In this document: positions 1 to 9,295 of the stretch, piece by piece
How the letters are laid out: each line of letters begins with the position of its first letter
How positions within the stretch are numbered: position 1 is the first letter of the stretch
From: Bryobacterales bacterium
GTDB lineage: Bacteria; Acidobacteriota; Terriglobia; Bryobacterales; UBA6623
Reading direction: 5' to 3'
NCBI GenBank assembly: GCA_965226385.1
Contig: OZ245359.1
Location: forward strand, 2,057,116-2,121,115
DNA length: 64,000 bases
Translations under genes and position numbers: made by a program
The notes under the pieces: generated by a model
The model's database searches: none
Told to the model about the DNA's origin: nothing
The model's input: only the letters and a program-made list of their open reading frames with translations

Positions 1-537
1 ATCCCGGAGCGTACGGTGGCGGGGCACCGTCGCTACGATCTCGCCAAACTCAAGCCCGAGCTATTTCACACGGACACATCCGAGCGGCGTACGGTCGCCT
101 ATGCGCGGGTTTCCAGCCACGACCAGAAGAACGATCTGGAACGGCAGAAGCAGGTGTTGGAACTGTATTGTGCGCGCCAAGGCTGGACCTTCACAGTGGT
201 CGCCGACCTTGGCTCCGGCATGAACTACCGCAAGAAAGGTTTAAAGCGTCTGTTGAACGATGTGGTGGAGGGCCGCATCGGGCGCCTAGTGATCACCCAC
301 AAGGACCGGCTGTTGCGCTTGGGCGCCGAACTAGTTTTTGCTATTTGCGAAGCCAAAGAAGTCGAAGTGGTGATCCTGAACCAGGGCGAGGACACCAGTT
401 TCGAGGAAGATTTAGCAAAAGACATGCTGGAGATCATCGCCGTGTTCAGTGCCCGGCTCTATGGCAGCCGCTCGCGCAAGAACCAGCAGCTGCTTGATGG
501 CGTGAAGACGGCCGTGGAGGCATCGCAGGCATGCTGA
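1..537 (+). CDS. tnpA: IS607-type serine recombinase TnpA (N-terminal HTH part runs off the window start)
   Basis: The frame of ORF 16..537 is open from nt 1. It has the YARVSSHDQ catalytic-serine motif and a resolvase-like core (GRLVITHKDRLLRLG). A 7-nt ATGCTGA overlap with the tnpB start matches copy 2. Confidence 0.8.
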   Translation: MPERTVAGHRRYDLAKLKPELFHTDTSERRTVAYARVSSHDQKNDLERQKQVLELYCARQGWTFTVVADLGSGMNYRKKGLKRLLNDVVEGRIGRLVITHKDRLLRLGAELVFAICEAKEVEVVILNQGEDTSFEEDLAKDMLEIIAVFSARLYGSRSRKNQQLLDGVKTAVEASQAC

Positions 538-1120
538 TTGCCCATCAGATCGCCCTGGATTTAAACAACGTGCGGGCGACGTACATGGCACGGGCGACAG
601 GCACGGCGCGGTTTGCGTACAACTGGGCGCTGGCCGAGTGACGGCGTCAGTATGAGGCGCACCGGGCGGATGAGTCTCTATCCAAACCGGGCCAGTTGGC
701 CTTGCGCCGCCAGCTCAACGCCATCAAGCGCGAACAATTTCCTTGGCTGCTGGAGGTAACCAAGAATGCGCCGCAGATGGCGATCATTCAACTGGGCCAA
801 GCTTTTGCGAACTTCTTGGCCGGCCGTGCCCGTTACCCGAAATTTCGCAAAAGGGGCGTCCATGATCGGTTTACGCTCACCAACGACCAAATCCATAGCG
901 ACGACCGGCGCAGCCGCATCCCCAAGCTTGGCTGGGTGCGGATGCGCGAGCCGTTGCGATTTGTTGGTTATAGCCAATCTGCCACGGTCTGCCGGGTGGC
1001 AAATCGCTGGTTCGTCAGCCTGACCGTGAATACACCCGCTGTCTCTCATCTACCGCCAGCCGAAAACCAAGGCGGGGTTGGTGTGGACTTGGGGGTATCC
1101 GCTTTTGCGGCGGTGTCGTG
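531..1120 (+). pseudogene. tnpB: tnpB 5' portion, inactivated
   Basis: The ATG at 531 is homologous to the copy 2 start. Codon 37 is TGA (639-641) where copy 2 has TGG (Trp). The frame resumes in ORF 696..1148 up to GVDLGVSA (RuvC-I). Similarity to copy 2 is then lost at ~1120. Confidence 0.85.
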
Positions 1121-1285
1121 TGCGTATTCTTATGAATTCGAACGCTGATTCTTATCCATTTCGAACACTAATTCCGATCTTTTTTGAACAGCTCGGAGCG
1201 AAGCAACGGTGCCTGGAATCATCATGCCTGAGAATAGGTACCTCCGTCAATTAGAAGGGGAATGAAAGTGAACATCATCATCTCT

Positions 1286-1646
1286 TTAGGGTTCCTTTTG
1301 TAGTTGGTTGGGGGGGAGGAGACATCCGGCGAGGCGGTGTTTCGCGAGCTTGCGCTCAATGGCGGTTTGGCGCAGGGCGAGCCAGTCCATGGCGTCGTAG
1401 AGGTCGTCGGCGGAGGTCGAGCAAGGCAGCGAGGGCGGAGCCGTCGTGGCCGGCGGGGAGCTGGTTGGCGAGGGCGGAGCCGTCGTGGCCGGCGGGGAGC
1501 TGGTTGGCGAGGGCGAGGCGGAGCAGGTCGATGAGGTGCTGGGGGAGGGTGGAGAGGGTGCGTTTTTTGACCTTGCCGTTTTCCCAGTAGGATTCGCGGA
1601 GGAGGTGGCAGGGGGCCTTGCGGGCGTAGGTGGAGGTGATGTGCAT
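1286..1646 (-). pseudogene. IS1634/IS4-like transposase N-terminal fragment (frameshifted)
   Basis: MHITSTYARKAPCHLLRESYWENGKVKKRTLSTL resembles the N-terminus of the full transposase at 17890 (SFRLVESVRSGSQVSQRTLLNLG). A second frame continues DLYDAMDWLALRQTAIERKLAKHRL, and then the homology ends. Confidence 0.55.
1429..1506. repeat. Perfect 39-bp tandem duplication (2 units; a third unit starts and diverges)
   Basis: GCGAGGGCGGAGCCGTCGTGGCCGGCGGGGAGCTGGTTG occurs at 1429-1467 and again at 1468-1506. It is in-frame (13 aa, ALANQLPAGHDGS) within the minus-strand transposase fragment. Confidence 0.9.
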
Positions 1647-1903
1647 TGTATAACTAAGAAAAGAAGGAGAGGGAACGAACAGAACTAGCTATTGTTACAT
1701 CATATGACCGGGAAGCATGTCAAGCATAAATTGCATATATGTATGACTATGATTTGCAGGTTTTGGGGCCCGAATCAGGGCAGCAATAGGACGGATCACG
1801 CCGGAGGCGCGCAGGCTAACTGACTGTGATCAGGGAAGTTGCGGAGAACCGCTGCCCACCGGACAACCGGCAACTATCTAGTAACTAGACGGTATAAGTT
1901 GGG

Positions 1904-2058
1904 TCTAAAGAACTACGCCGTGAGTTCCACGGTATCTGCCTGTGGAGGGGAAGGCTCTGGCCTTGGCGGCAACGCCAAGACGAAACCGGCCCTGCGAAGC
2001 AGGAAGTCAGCTTTGAACCCGTTTAGGCAGGTTTGATTAGGTATGACAGAACGGTTCC
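1904..2058 (+). ncRNA. Candidate omega-RNA (reRNA) scaffold / right end of IS607 copy 1, including the last 44 codons of tnpB
   Basis: It matches 43697-43851 with 3 substitutions. It contains the hairpin CTTGGCG-GCAA-CGCCAAG (1962-1979, GNRA loop). In characterised TnpB systems the guide RNA overlaps the tnpB 3' end and reads into the flank. The flank here is ATAAGTTCAGGCAGCAACTG. Confidence 0.5.
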
Positions 2059-2249
2059 ATAAGTTCAGGCAGCAACTGGATTACAAGGCTGAAATGCGCG
2101 GTGGCGTTGTAGTGGTAGCAGATCGCTGGTTTACCAGCAGCAAGACCTGCTTTCACTGCGGACACAAGACGGACAGTCTGCCACTATCAGTGCTGGAGTG
2201 GGTGTGCCTGGAATGCGGCATGAACCATGAGCGAGACAGGAATCTATGA
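2059..2249 (+). pseudogene. C-terminal fragment of a second, diverged TnpB (target of the copy 1 insertion)
   Basis: KFRQQLDYKAEMRGGVVVVADRWFTSSKTCFHCGH...CLECGMNHERDRN parallels copy 2 TnpB (CRRQLEYKAALRGGVVIVADRWFASSKTCSGCS...CLGCGMAHDRDVN). Both share the zinc ribbon plus RuvC-III region. It starts exactly at the IS607 right end. Confidence 0.75.
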
Positions 2250-2688
2250 GTTGGTATGGAAGAGGCCAGGTCTAACAACGGTGTGTCGCATACAATCATA
2301 GTGAAACAAGGGCTCCGCGACCGACTGCAAGATGCTGGTGTAGTCCGGTTGCCAGTTTCTGCCCGAACCGCGTGCCGGTGTTCAACGCTCATTGGTTGCC
2401 TGTAGAGGCTGGAGTTTTCTGGCCTGATGCCGTGGGGTTAGGACTGGCATTCCGCGCGGAGCCGGGTAGCTCGATAGGGCTTGGAAGGCTGCCAAAGACC
2501 CCTCTCACCACCGCGCCTGGCCCTTCGGCAAGCCCGGGTTTAGCCTGTGACGCGGTAAAGGTGCGGAGAAGTCCCATGCGATCCTCAGGTTCCGTTATTG
2601 AGAGCCAGTCGGTCTCTATCCACTCGATTCGCACCCAGAACTGCTACGCTGCATTCGGTATATATAGTCGCGTCTGCGAGGTTCAAAA

Positions 2689-3912
2689 ATGATTGCGAAG
2701 ACATGGTTCTCAATTCGACTAGCCCCTCTGGTCTGCTGTCTGGTGACGTGCGCCGCTGCCAGCGAGTTGACTGAAAAGCAGGCGCTACAGCTCTTTCGGG
2801 AGAGCCCATACCACAAGGAGTTGCAGGCTGGGATTGAAGTCGTGCGTGCAAAAACCCGACGCCACACGTTGTATCCGAATCCATCCGTGAGTGCGACGTT
2901 CGAGGGTGCCGGGCGGACGGATTTTTTTGTCGTCGAGCAGGTGCTTACCGTAAACGGGCGGCGCAACTTGCTACGGCAGGCCGGAACATCTGCCGTCAAG
3001 GTGGCTGAGACGCAGGCGGACCACACGCTGCGGGAGATCGAAGCCCGTTTGCGAGATGTGTTCTATCAACTCCTTTACGCACAGAAACGGAAGGCAATGA
3101 TCCGCAAGAGCGTCGATGAACTGGAAGAGCTGGCGCGCATCCTGCACGAACGCGAGAAGGCGGGCGAGGGATCGAAGTTCGACCATCTGCTCGCAGCGTA
3201 TGAAACCATGGAACAAGAGACCGAATTTGCCGAGGCCGAAACGTTGATTGCCGGAGCGCGGGCCAAGCTGGCCGGCTTTCTTGGTGAGCGTGTCTTTCCG
3301 GACGCCTTGGTGGTGATGGGTGCCCTGGAACCCGGGTACGCATTGCCTGCCCTTCCGGATGCCCTAGCGGTGGGCCTTTCGGCTCGTAGCGATTACCGGG
3401 TCGAGACGGAACGGTTGGAGCAATTACGCCTGGAGGCAGAGGCCGCGGACCGCCTCCGCATCCCTAACCCGATTGTCTTAGGCGGTTTGAAGCGCACGGA
3501 TATCGGTGACCGCTATTTGAATGGCCCCGTGCTCTCTGTGTCGATCGACTTACCAGTTTTCGAGAAGGGACAAGTCGCCAAGAAGTTGGCCAACGCCGAA
3601 GCAGACCGTACGCGCGCTCGGCGCCGCATCCTCAAAAGTCAGATACTGGCCGATGTGCGCTCAGCACACGATTCACTGCGCCTCCGCCGCCGAATTGCGG
3701 ACGACTACCGGATACAGTCCGGCAGGAATGCCCGGGAACTCCTCGAGATTGCCGAAATCGCATACCGGGAAGGTGAACTGGGTATTCTGGAGTTGCTCAA
3801 TTCCTACGGGGTCGCTCATCGAACCGAACTCCGGCTTCTGGAGTTGCGGGCCGCTGCCAAGCTGGCAGAAGTCGAATTTGATCGGAGCATCGCCAAGGAG
3901 TTGTTGCCGTGA
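2689..3912 (+). CDS. TolC/CzcC-like outer-membrane efflux protein
   Basis: 407-aa ORF with a signal-like N-terminus and coiled-coil-rich OMF-type sequence. It is first in a three-gene set with an adaptor and an HME-RND pump, with a 4-nt overlap onto the next gene. Confidence 0.75.
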   Translation: MIAKTWFSIRLAPLVCCLVTCAAASELTEKQALQLFRESPYHKELQAGIEVVRAKTRRHTLYPNPSVSATFEGAGRTDFFVVEQVLTVNGRRNLLRQAGTSAVKVAETQADHTLREIEARLRDVFYQLLYAQKRKAMIRKSVDELEELARILHEREKAGEGSKFDHLLAAYETMEQETEFAEAETLIAGARAKLAGFLGERVFPDALVVMGALEPGYALPALPDALAVGLSARSDYRVETERLEQLRLEAEAADRLRIPNPIVLGGLKRTDIGDRYLNGPVLSVSIDLPVFEKGQVAKKLANAEADRTRARRRILKSQILADVRSAHDSLRLRRRIADDYRIQSGRNARELLEIAEIAYREGELGILELLNSYGVAHRTELRLLELRAAAKLAEVEFDRSIAKELLP

Positions 3913-5453
3913 GCATGCGTCTCCTGGTTGGCCTGTTGGCACTGTTGGGCTGCAGTGGTCCGCCACGGCAGCCGGAGTCTGCAGTGGTGCCCGCGGACCC
4001 TGAGCCGATCGCCGTCACTCAATGGACGGAAACAACGGAGCTGTTCATGGAGTATCCGCCGCTTCAAGCGGGCGAAGGCTCTCGTTTCGCAATCCACCTG
4101 ACCAACCTCAAGTCGTTTCAACCACTAAGCGAAGGCCGCGTTGCCGTGCACTTGGACTATAGCAACGGATTAGTGGAGACATTCTCTGTGGATGGTCCAT
4201 CGCAGCCTGGGATATTCGGCATCAATGTTACCCCTCCTCTACCGGGAGAGCCGACAATGACAGTTCGGGTTCAATCGTCCGCCATCAACGACTTCCATGT
4301 GCTGGGACCGGTGTCTGTCCACGGCGGCAGTGAAGGCCCGGAAGACCTCCACCTTGCGCCCCCGGCAAACCCGGCCGACGGGGTCATCACTTTCCTGAAG
4401 GAACAGCAATGGGCTCTGGACTTTGGGACGCAGCTTGTCGGCCTCCGCTCCATGCAGGAAAGCATGCTGTTCCCTGCAACGGTCGAACCACGCAGCGGAG
4501 GTCGAGTCGTAGTGACAGCTCCGGTATCCGGCCGCCTCCTACCCACCGTCCAACTACCGACTTTGGGATCCAAAGTAAGCCAGGAAGAGGAGCTCGGTGC
4601 CATTGTTCCCATGTGGGCCAGCCCCAACGATCGCAGTTCCCTGCAGCTTTCTCTCGAGGAAGCGAAAGTGGCGGTAGAGTCCGCCAGGAGGGAGCGGGAA
4701 CGGGTCGAGAGACTTCTCGCCGTGGGAGCCATCCCAGCTCGTCGATTGCACGAGGCCAAGGCTCTGGAGGCCATCGAGATGGCTCGGGAAAATGCGGCCG
4801 AGAAACGCATGGCATACTACGAAGCCACAAGGCGTGACGACCCGCACATCGAGTCCCAATCGGCATTCTCTATCCGGTCTCATCTCGCGGGGGTCGTCTC
4901 CTCCCTGCTTGTGACGGACGGAGCACACGTTGAGGAGGGCGACACCGTTTTGGAAGTCACTGCCACCGACTTCGTCCACGTATCCGGCGCGGTCCCTGAA
5001 TCTCAAGCCGCCATTCTGAGAAAGATGCTAAGCGCAGAGGTCCAGTTGCCGGGATCAGAAGTTTTTGTGCCGGTGGAAAACCTGGTTTCCACGGCTCGGG
5101 TTGTGGACCCTGGTTCGCGGACCCTCAAGGCCACCTATTTAGTAGATAACAGGAGGTGGCAGATGGCGATCGGACACTCAACTTTCCTCCGGCTGTTCAC
5201 TGCCTCATCGGTAGAAGCACCCATTGTTCCTCTCTTGGCACTTGTTGAGGACGGCGGTCGAACGCTTCTCTATGTCCAGACAGGCGGCGAGTCCTTCAAT
5301 GCACGCCAAGTCACTCCCGGCAACCAGCAAGGCGGAGAGGTTCAGATTACACAAGGCCTCCGACCGGGCGAGCGTGTCGTCACACGGGGCGCGTACCTCT
5401 TGCGGCTGGCCTCGATGACATCTCAAGTGCCAGCTCACGGGCACGTCCATTAA
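3909..5453 (+). CDS. Efflux RND periplasmic adaptor (CzcB/CusB-like MFP)
   Basis: 514-aa ORF with a lipoprotein-like N-terminus (LLGCSG), a coiled-coil hairpin region and a barrel-sandwich motif (VTAPVSGRL..., GDTVLEV). Confidence 0.75.
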   Translation: MSMRLLVGLLALLGCSGPPRQPESAVVPADPEPIAVTQWTETTELFMEYPPLQAGEGSRFAIHLTNLKSFQPLSEGRVAVHLDYSNGLVETFSVDGPSQPGIFGINVTPPLPGEPTMTVRVQSSAINDFHVLGPVSVHGGSEGPEDLHLAPPANPADGVITFLKEQQWALDFGTQLVGLRSMQESMLFPATVEPRSGGRVVVTAPVSGRLLPTVQLPTLGSKVSQEEELGAIVPMWASPNDRSSLQLSLEEAKVAVESARRERERVERLLAVGAIPARRLHEAKALEAIEMARENAAEKRMAYYEATRRDDPHIESQSAFSIRSHLAGVVSSLLVTDGAHVEEGDTVLEVTATDFVHVSGAVPESQAAILRKMLSAEVQLPGSEVFVPVENLVSTARVVDPGSRTLKATYLVDNRRWQMAIGHSTFLRLFTASSVEAPIVPLLALVEDGGRTLLYVQTGGESFNARQVTPGNQQGGEVQITQGLRPGERVVTRGAYLLRLASMTSQVPAHGHVH

Positions 5454-5456
5454 GTC

Positions 5457-8400
5457 ATGTTGAATGCGCTAATCCGCTGGTCGCTCGAGAATCGGGCAGT
5501 GGTGCTGGTGCTTACCGCCGCGTTTCTCGCCTGGGGCGGATTCGCGATCGCGCAACTCCCCGTGACCGTGTTGCCGGACCTGACCGCACCGACTGTAACC
5601 GTCATCATTGAGCATCCCGGCATGGCACCCACTGACATGGAGCAGCTCGTGACAATCCCGGTCGAAACGGCCATGAACGGCGCACCCGGTGTTCGAAGGG
5701 TTCGGTCGGATACAGCTGTCGGGGTGACAATCATTTGGGTTGAGTTCGAGTGGGATGAGGACATTTACCGCGCCCGGCAGACAGTGGCCGAACGAACGAA
5801 TCTCGTGGCGACGTCCTTGCCTCCCGGGACCAGCCAACCTCTGTTGGGGCCAACCTCGTCCATCATGGGTGAGATTCTCTTCATCGCATTGACCTCGGAC
5901 CGCCACACTCCACTCGAGCTGCGGACGATTGCAGATACGGTGATTCGTCGACGGATTCTGGCGATCCCAGGAGTGGCTCAAGTTACGTCTATTGGAGGTG
6001 GTCAGAAGCAGTATCAGGTGCTGTTGTCTCCAGACAAACTCAAGGCCTACCGAGTTTCGCTGACGGAGGTGCAGAATGCGCTCATGGCGGCGAGTGCCAA
6101 TACTGCAGCAGGCTTTCGCGTACATGGTGGGCAAGAGTATCTCATTCAAGGAATGGGCAGCTTCTCCAATCTGGACGAGATCCGTCAAGCCGTAGTCACT
6201 GTCAGGAACTCCATTCCGATTCACATCGTAGATCTCGGTGATGTCCAGGTGGGCGAGGCCCTGAAACGCGGGGAAGGTTCACTGAACGGCGAGCGGGCCG
6301 TTGTCATTGGCATCCGGAAGCAGCCTGGTGAGAATACTCTTGAGCTAACGAGCTTGATCGATAAGGCGATTGACGATATCGAGACAGGCCTGCCTACCGG
6401 CATGCTGGTCCACCGCAAGGTGTTTCGCCAAGCTGATTTCATCGAGGCTGCGATCTTCAACCTCGAACGAGCCTTGAGCTATGGAGGCATGCTCGTCGTG
6501 GTGGTAGTAATCATCTTTCTGGCGAATGCGCGAGCGAGCCTGATCACGCTACTCGCAATTCCACTCTCGCTGGTCGCAGCTTTGCGCGGGCTTGAGGTCT
6601 TTGGACTGACGATCAACGGTATGACCCTGGGAGGCCTCGCGATTGCGATCGGGGAACTCGTCGATGACGCCGTGATTGATGTCGAGAACGTCGTCCGCAG
6701 AATGCGCCAGAATGCGTGGCTCCCTGCTCGCGAGCAAAGCTCCACCATCCAGGTCGTCTACCAGGCGAGTAGCGAAATCCGAGGATCCGTCGTCTTCGGG
6801 ACCCTGATCGTCATGCTCGCATTCGCGCCCCTGTTCGTCCTGGGTGGAGTGGAGGGCCGACTGCTACATCCGTTGGGCCTCGCCTACGTCACTGCACTCT
6901 TTGCGTCTCTCGTCGTCGCGCTGACAGTTACTCCGGTTCTTTGCTCTTATCTGCTTCCTCAAGCGCGGGTGACGGTGGCGAAGGACGATCCTGCCCTCAT
7001 CCGTTTTCTCAAGGAACTGTATGGCCCAATCCTTGGCTGGAGCCTGCAACATAGTGCCATAGTGATGACGTTCGCTATCTTGGCACTCACGGGGGCCGTT
7101 GCGAGCTTCGGATGGATGGGACGGACTTTCTTACCCGAGTTCAACGAGGGCGCCCTGACGATCAGTGCCATCACTGTCCCAGGCACAAGCTTGGAAGAGT
7201 CCGACCGTCTGGGCTCTGCCGTGGAGCAAAGCCTGCTTGCCGTGCCCGAGGTCGTTTCGACAGCACGCCGGACCGGCCGGGCCGAGTTGGACGAACATCT
7301 GCAAGGAGTTGAATCCGCGGAAATCGATGTGCGTTTGGAAATGCGGGATCGTCCAAAAAATGATGTGCTCACGGAAATTCGCAGACGAGCTACATTGATC
7401 CCGGGGATGAACATCAATGTCGGCCAGCCGATTTCCCACCGGATTGATCACATGCTTTCCGGAACCCGCTCAAACGTCGCAGTGAAGATCTTCGGGGATG
7501 ACCTTCAAACGCTTCGTACGTTGGCCGAGCAAGTTGAGCAGGCGATGAGGGGCATTCCAGGTGTTGTCGACTTGGCGCGAGAACAGCAGGCGGACATCCC
7601 GACCGTGAGTGTCAGATTCCGCCGGGATGCCCTCGCTCGCTATGGCATGCCTGCAGGGACGGCAGCCGAGGTCCTGAAAACGGTGTTTCTTGGCCTGGAA
7701 GTCGGGACCGTTCTCGAAGGTCAAGTCGCTTATCCGCTTGTCATGCGGTACAAGAGCGAGAGGCCTGCAGATCTGCAGACGATCCGCCAGACACTGATTG
7801 CCACTCCCACGGGGGCAAGGGTTCCCTTGTCGGCCATCGCGGAAATCCGGGAAGACCAGAGCCCAAACTTAGTGACCCGCGAGAACATCCAACGCAAGAT
7901 CGTTGTGGCATGCAACGTTGCCATCGGCGACTTGCAGGGCGCAGTTCAGGAGATTCGGAACCGAGTTGCCGAGACAGTGCAGTTGCCGCAGGGGTACCGC
8001 ATTGAGTACGGCGGCCAGTTCGAAAGCGAAGCTCAAGCGACTCGTCGCATCCTGCTGCTGGGAGCGATCGCGATCGTCGGAATCCTTGTCCTGCTGGCTA
8101 CTGTGTTCCGTTCCTGGGTCGACGCGCTTATCGTCATGTGCAACCTTCCCCTGGCACTGATCGGCGGCGTTTTCGGCGTATTCCTCGCAGGGGGCGTGAT
8201 GTCGATGGCGACCCTGATCGGATTCATTGCTTTATTCGGCGTCGCCGCCAGAAACGGCATTATGCTTGTCTCACACATCAAACACCTGACAGAGAACGAA
8301 GGCGTGACCGGTTTTCGAGAGGCTGTGACCCGTGGTGCGTCGGAGCGCCTTGCACCAATCCTGATGACGGCGATAACCACTGGGATTGCACTTCTACCTG

Positions 8401-8543
8401 TCAGTTTAGGTTTGGGCGAAACCGGCAGCGAGATTCATGCTCCACTTGCCATGGTAGTGTTGTGCGGTCTGGTTAGCTCCACTGTACTGAACATGATCGT
8501 TGTGCCGACAGCATATTGGCGCTTCGGTCGGTTGGGCCGTTGA
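5457..8543 (+). CDS. Heavy-metal efflux RND permease, CusA/CzcA family
   Basis: 1028-aa ORF. The N-terminus MLNALIRWSLENRAVVLVLTAAFLAWGGFAIAQLPVTVLPDLTAPTVTV is typical of HME-RND pumps. It shows the 12-TM architecture with two large periplasmic loops. Confidence 0.9.
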   Translation: MLNALIRWSLENRAVVLVLTAAFLAWGGFAIAQLPVTVLPDLTAPTVTVIIEHPGMAPTDMEQLVTIPVETAMNGAPGVRRVRSDTAVGVTIIWVEFEWDEDIYRARQTVAERTNLVATSLPPGTSQPLLGPTSSIMGEILFIALTSDRHTPLELRTIADTVIRRRILAIPGVAQVTSIGGGQKQYQVLLSPDKLKAYRVSLTEVQNALMAASANTAAGFRVHGGQEYLIQGMGSFSNLDEIRQAVVTVRNSIPIHIVDLGDVQVGEALKRGEGSLNGERAVVIGIRKQPGENTLELTSLIDKAIDDIETGLPTGMLVHRKVFRQADFIEAAIFNLERALSYGGMLVVVVVIIFLANARASLITLLAIPLSLVAALRGLEVFGLTINGMTLGGLAIAIGELVDDAVIDVENVVRRMRQNAWLPAREQSSTIQVVYQASSEIRGSVVFGTLIVMLAFAPLFVLGGVEGRLLHPLGLAYVTALFASLVVALTVTPVLCSYLLPQARVTVAKDDPALIRFLKELYGPILGWSLQHSAIVMTFAILALTGAVASFGWMGRTFLPEFNEGALTISAITVPGTSLEESDRLGSAVEQSLLAVPEVVSTARRTGRAELDEHLQGVESAEIDVRLEMRDRPKNDVLTEIRRRATLIPGMNINVGQPISHRIDHMLSGTRSNVAVKIFGDDLQTLRTLAEQVEQAMRGIPGVVDLAREQQADIPTVSVRFRRDALARYGMPAGTAAEVLKTVFLGLEVGTVLEGQVAYPLVMRYKSERPADLQTIRQTLIATPTGARVPLSAIAEIREDQSPNLVTRENIQRKIVVACNVAIGDLQGAVQEIRNRVAETVQLPQGYRIEYGGQFESEAQATRRILLLGAIAIVGILVLLATVFRSWVDALIVMCNLPLALIGGVFGVFLAGGVMSMATLIGFIALFGVAARNGIMLVSHIKHLTENEGVTGFREAVTRGASERLAPILMTAITTGIALLPVSLGLGETGSEIHAPLAMVVLCGLVSSTVLNMIVVPTAYWRFGRLGR

Positions 8544-8599
8544 CCGTTCCAGTCGGCCTTGTACACACAGCACAGTCGCCTGAAGCGGGACCACTGGAG

Positions 8600-9000
8600 G
8601 TCGTGTTCCAAACTTTCGCTCCAGGCATGGCGCCCGTCTCAGGTAGCGCGTCGGTGGGATAGCGACAGAGAAGAGTCAGCGGTGGTCGCGCGAGTAGCCC
8701 CGAGCAGCGAGTTCGCAGCGAGAGCCAGTGTGGGTAGCTGAAGGAGACATCGTAGAGGGCGATGGCACCCTCTTCAAGGTGACGCTTGGCGAGCTTTGCG
8801 TTTAAGGAAGGCCGCCGCTTGGCAAGTCAGTCTATGGCGTCATAGAACTCCTCGACAGGAGCATCGTGGATATCGAGTAGGGCCGCAAGGGTGGGTCTGG
8901 CAGGTTGTGCCAAGCTCGCGTTACAGGCGCAGTTTAGCACCGGGTTTGAGCAGTCTTGAGACGATCATGGCGAGGGCAAGGGAACGGTACCGGTCAGGTT
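8600..9000 (-). pseudogene. IS1634/IS4-like transposase internal fragment (frameshifts and nonsense)
   Basis: Minus-strand pieces read RSLALAMIVSRLLKPGAKL, EEFYDAID*LAKRRPSLNAKLAKRHLEEGAIALYDVSFSY and GSRCELAARGYSRDHR in different frames. A TGA (plus-strand TCA at 8827-8829) sits where the fragment at 1286-1646 has Trp (DWL). Confidence 0.55.
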
Positions 9001-9295
9001 GAGCGGGGGAAGCGGCAAGGATCAAAGGGCTACCAGAGCGGACTGCCAGACGTGTACTGAATGCTATTGTTGCTGAAGTACTATTGGCATTGACAACACC
9101 AAAAGCCCCAGTTTCGTTGCGGTTTCCTGTCGATGCTCTGGAAACTCTGTTCCCTAAGATGTATCCCGAAGTACAGGTAGATCTCTGACATCATCGGTTT
9201 TTCAAGTTCGAACCTTGAGTTCAATTCTGTTTGCAACTGATTGCAGGCTGGTAATTAACTTCTGAGCCATTGGTTGTCGGTTACAATCGAGCGTC

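Larger units (their letters stand above)
1..2058 (+). mobile_element. IS607-family insertion sequence, copy 1 (left end off-window, middle of tnpB replaced)
   Basis: nt 1-~1120 and 1904-2058 are near-identical to 42094-~43213 and 43697-43851 (copy 2). Similarity stops after ...GAACGGTTCC at 2058, which I take as the right end. About 785 bp of unrelated DNA (1120-1904) sits where copy 2 has about 485 bp of tnpB. Confidence 0.8.

Noticed and set aside
1429-1506. Tandem repeat considered as a minimal CRISPR array
   Set aside because: The units are directly adjacent with no spacers, lie inside a coding remnant, and no cas genes are present. No other spaced direct-repeat array was seen in the window.
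2389-2640. Possible group II intron 5' end on the minus strand (starts GTGCGAATCGAG...) in the structured region upstream of czcC
   Set aside because: Only the GTGCG pentamer fits. I see no domain V-like hairpin, no reverse-transcriptase ORF and no intron 3' end. The region is better explained as the right-end/omega-RNA remnant of the older tnpB.
5469-6224. 251-aa minus-strand ORF inside czcA
   Set aside because: It is fully contained in, and antisense to, the 1028-aa RND pump gene, whose identity is clear. It has no motifs.
9202-9218. tRNA T-arm-like hairpin TCAAG-TTCGAAC-CTTGA
   Set aside because: No matching acceptor stem, anticodon arm or D arm can be drawn from the surrounding sequence.
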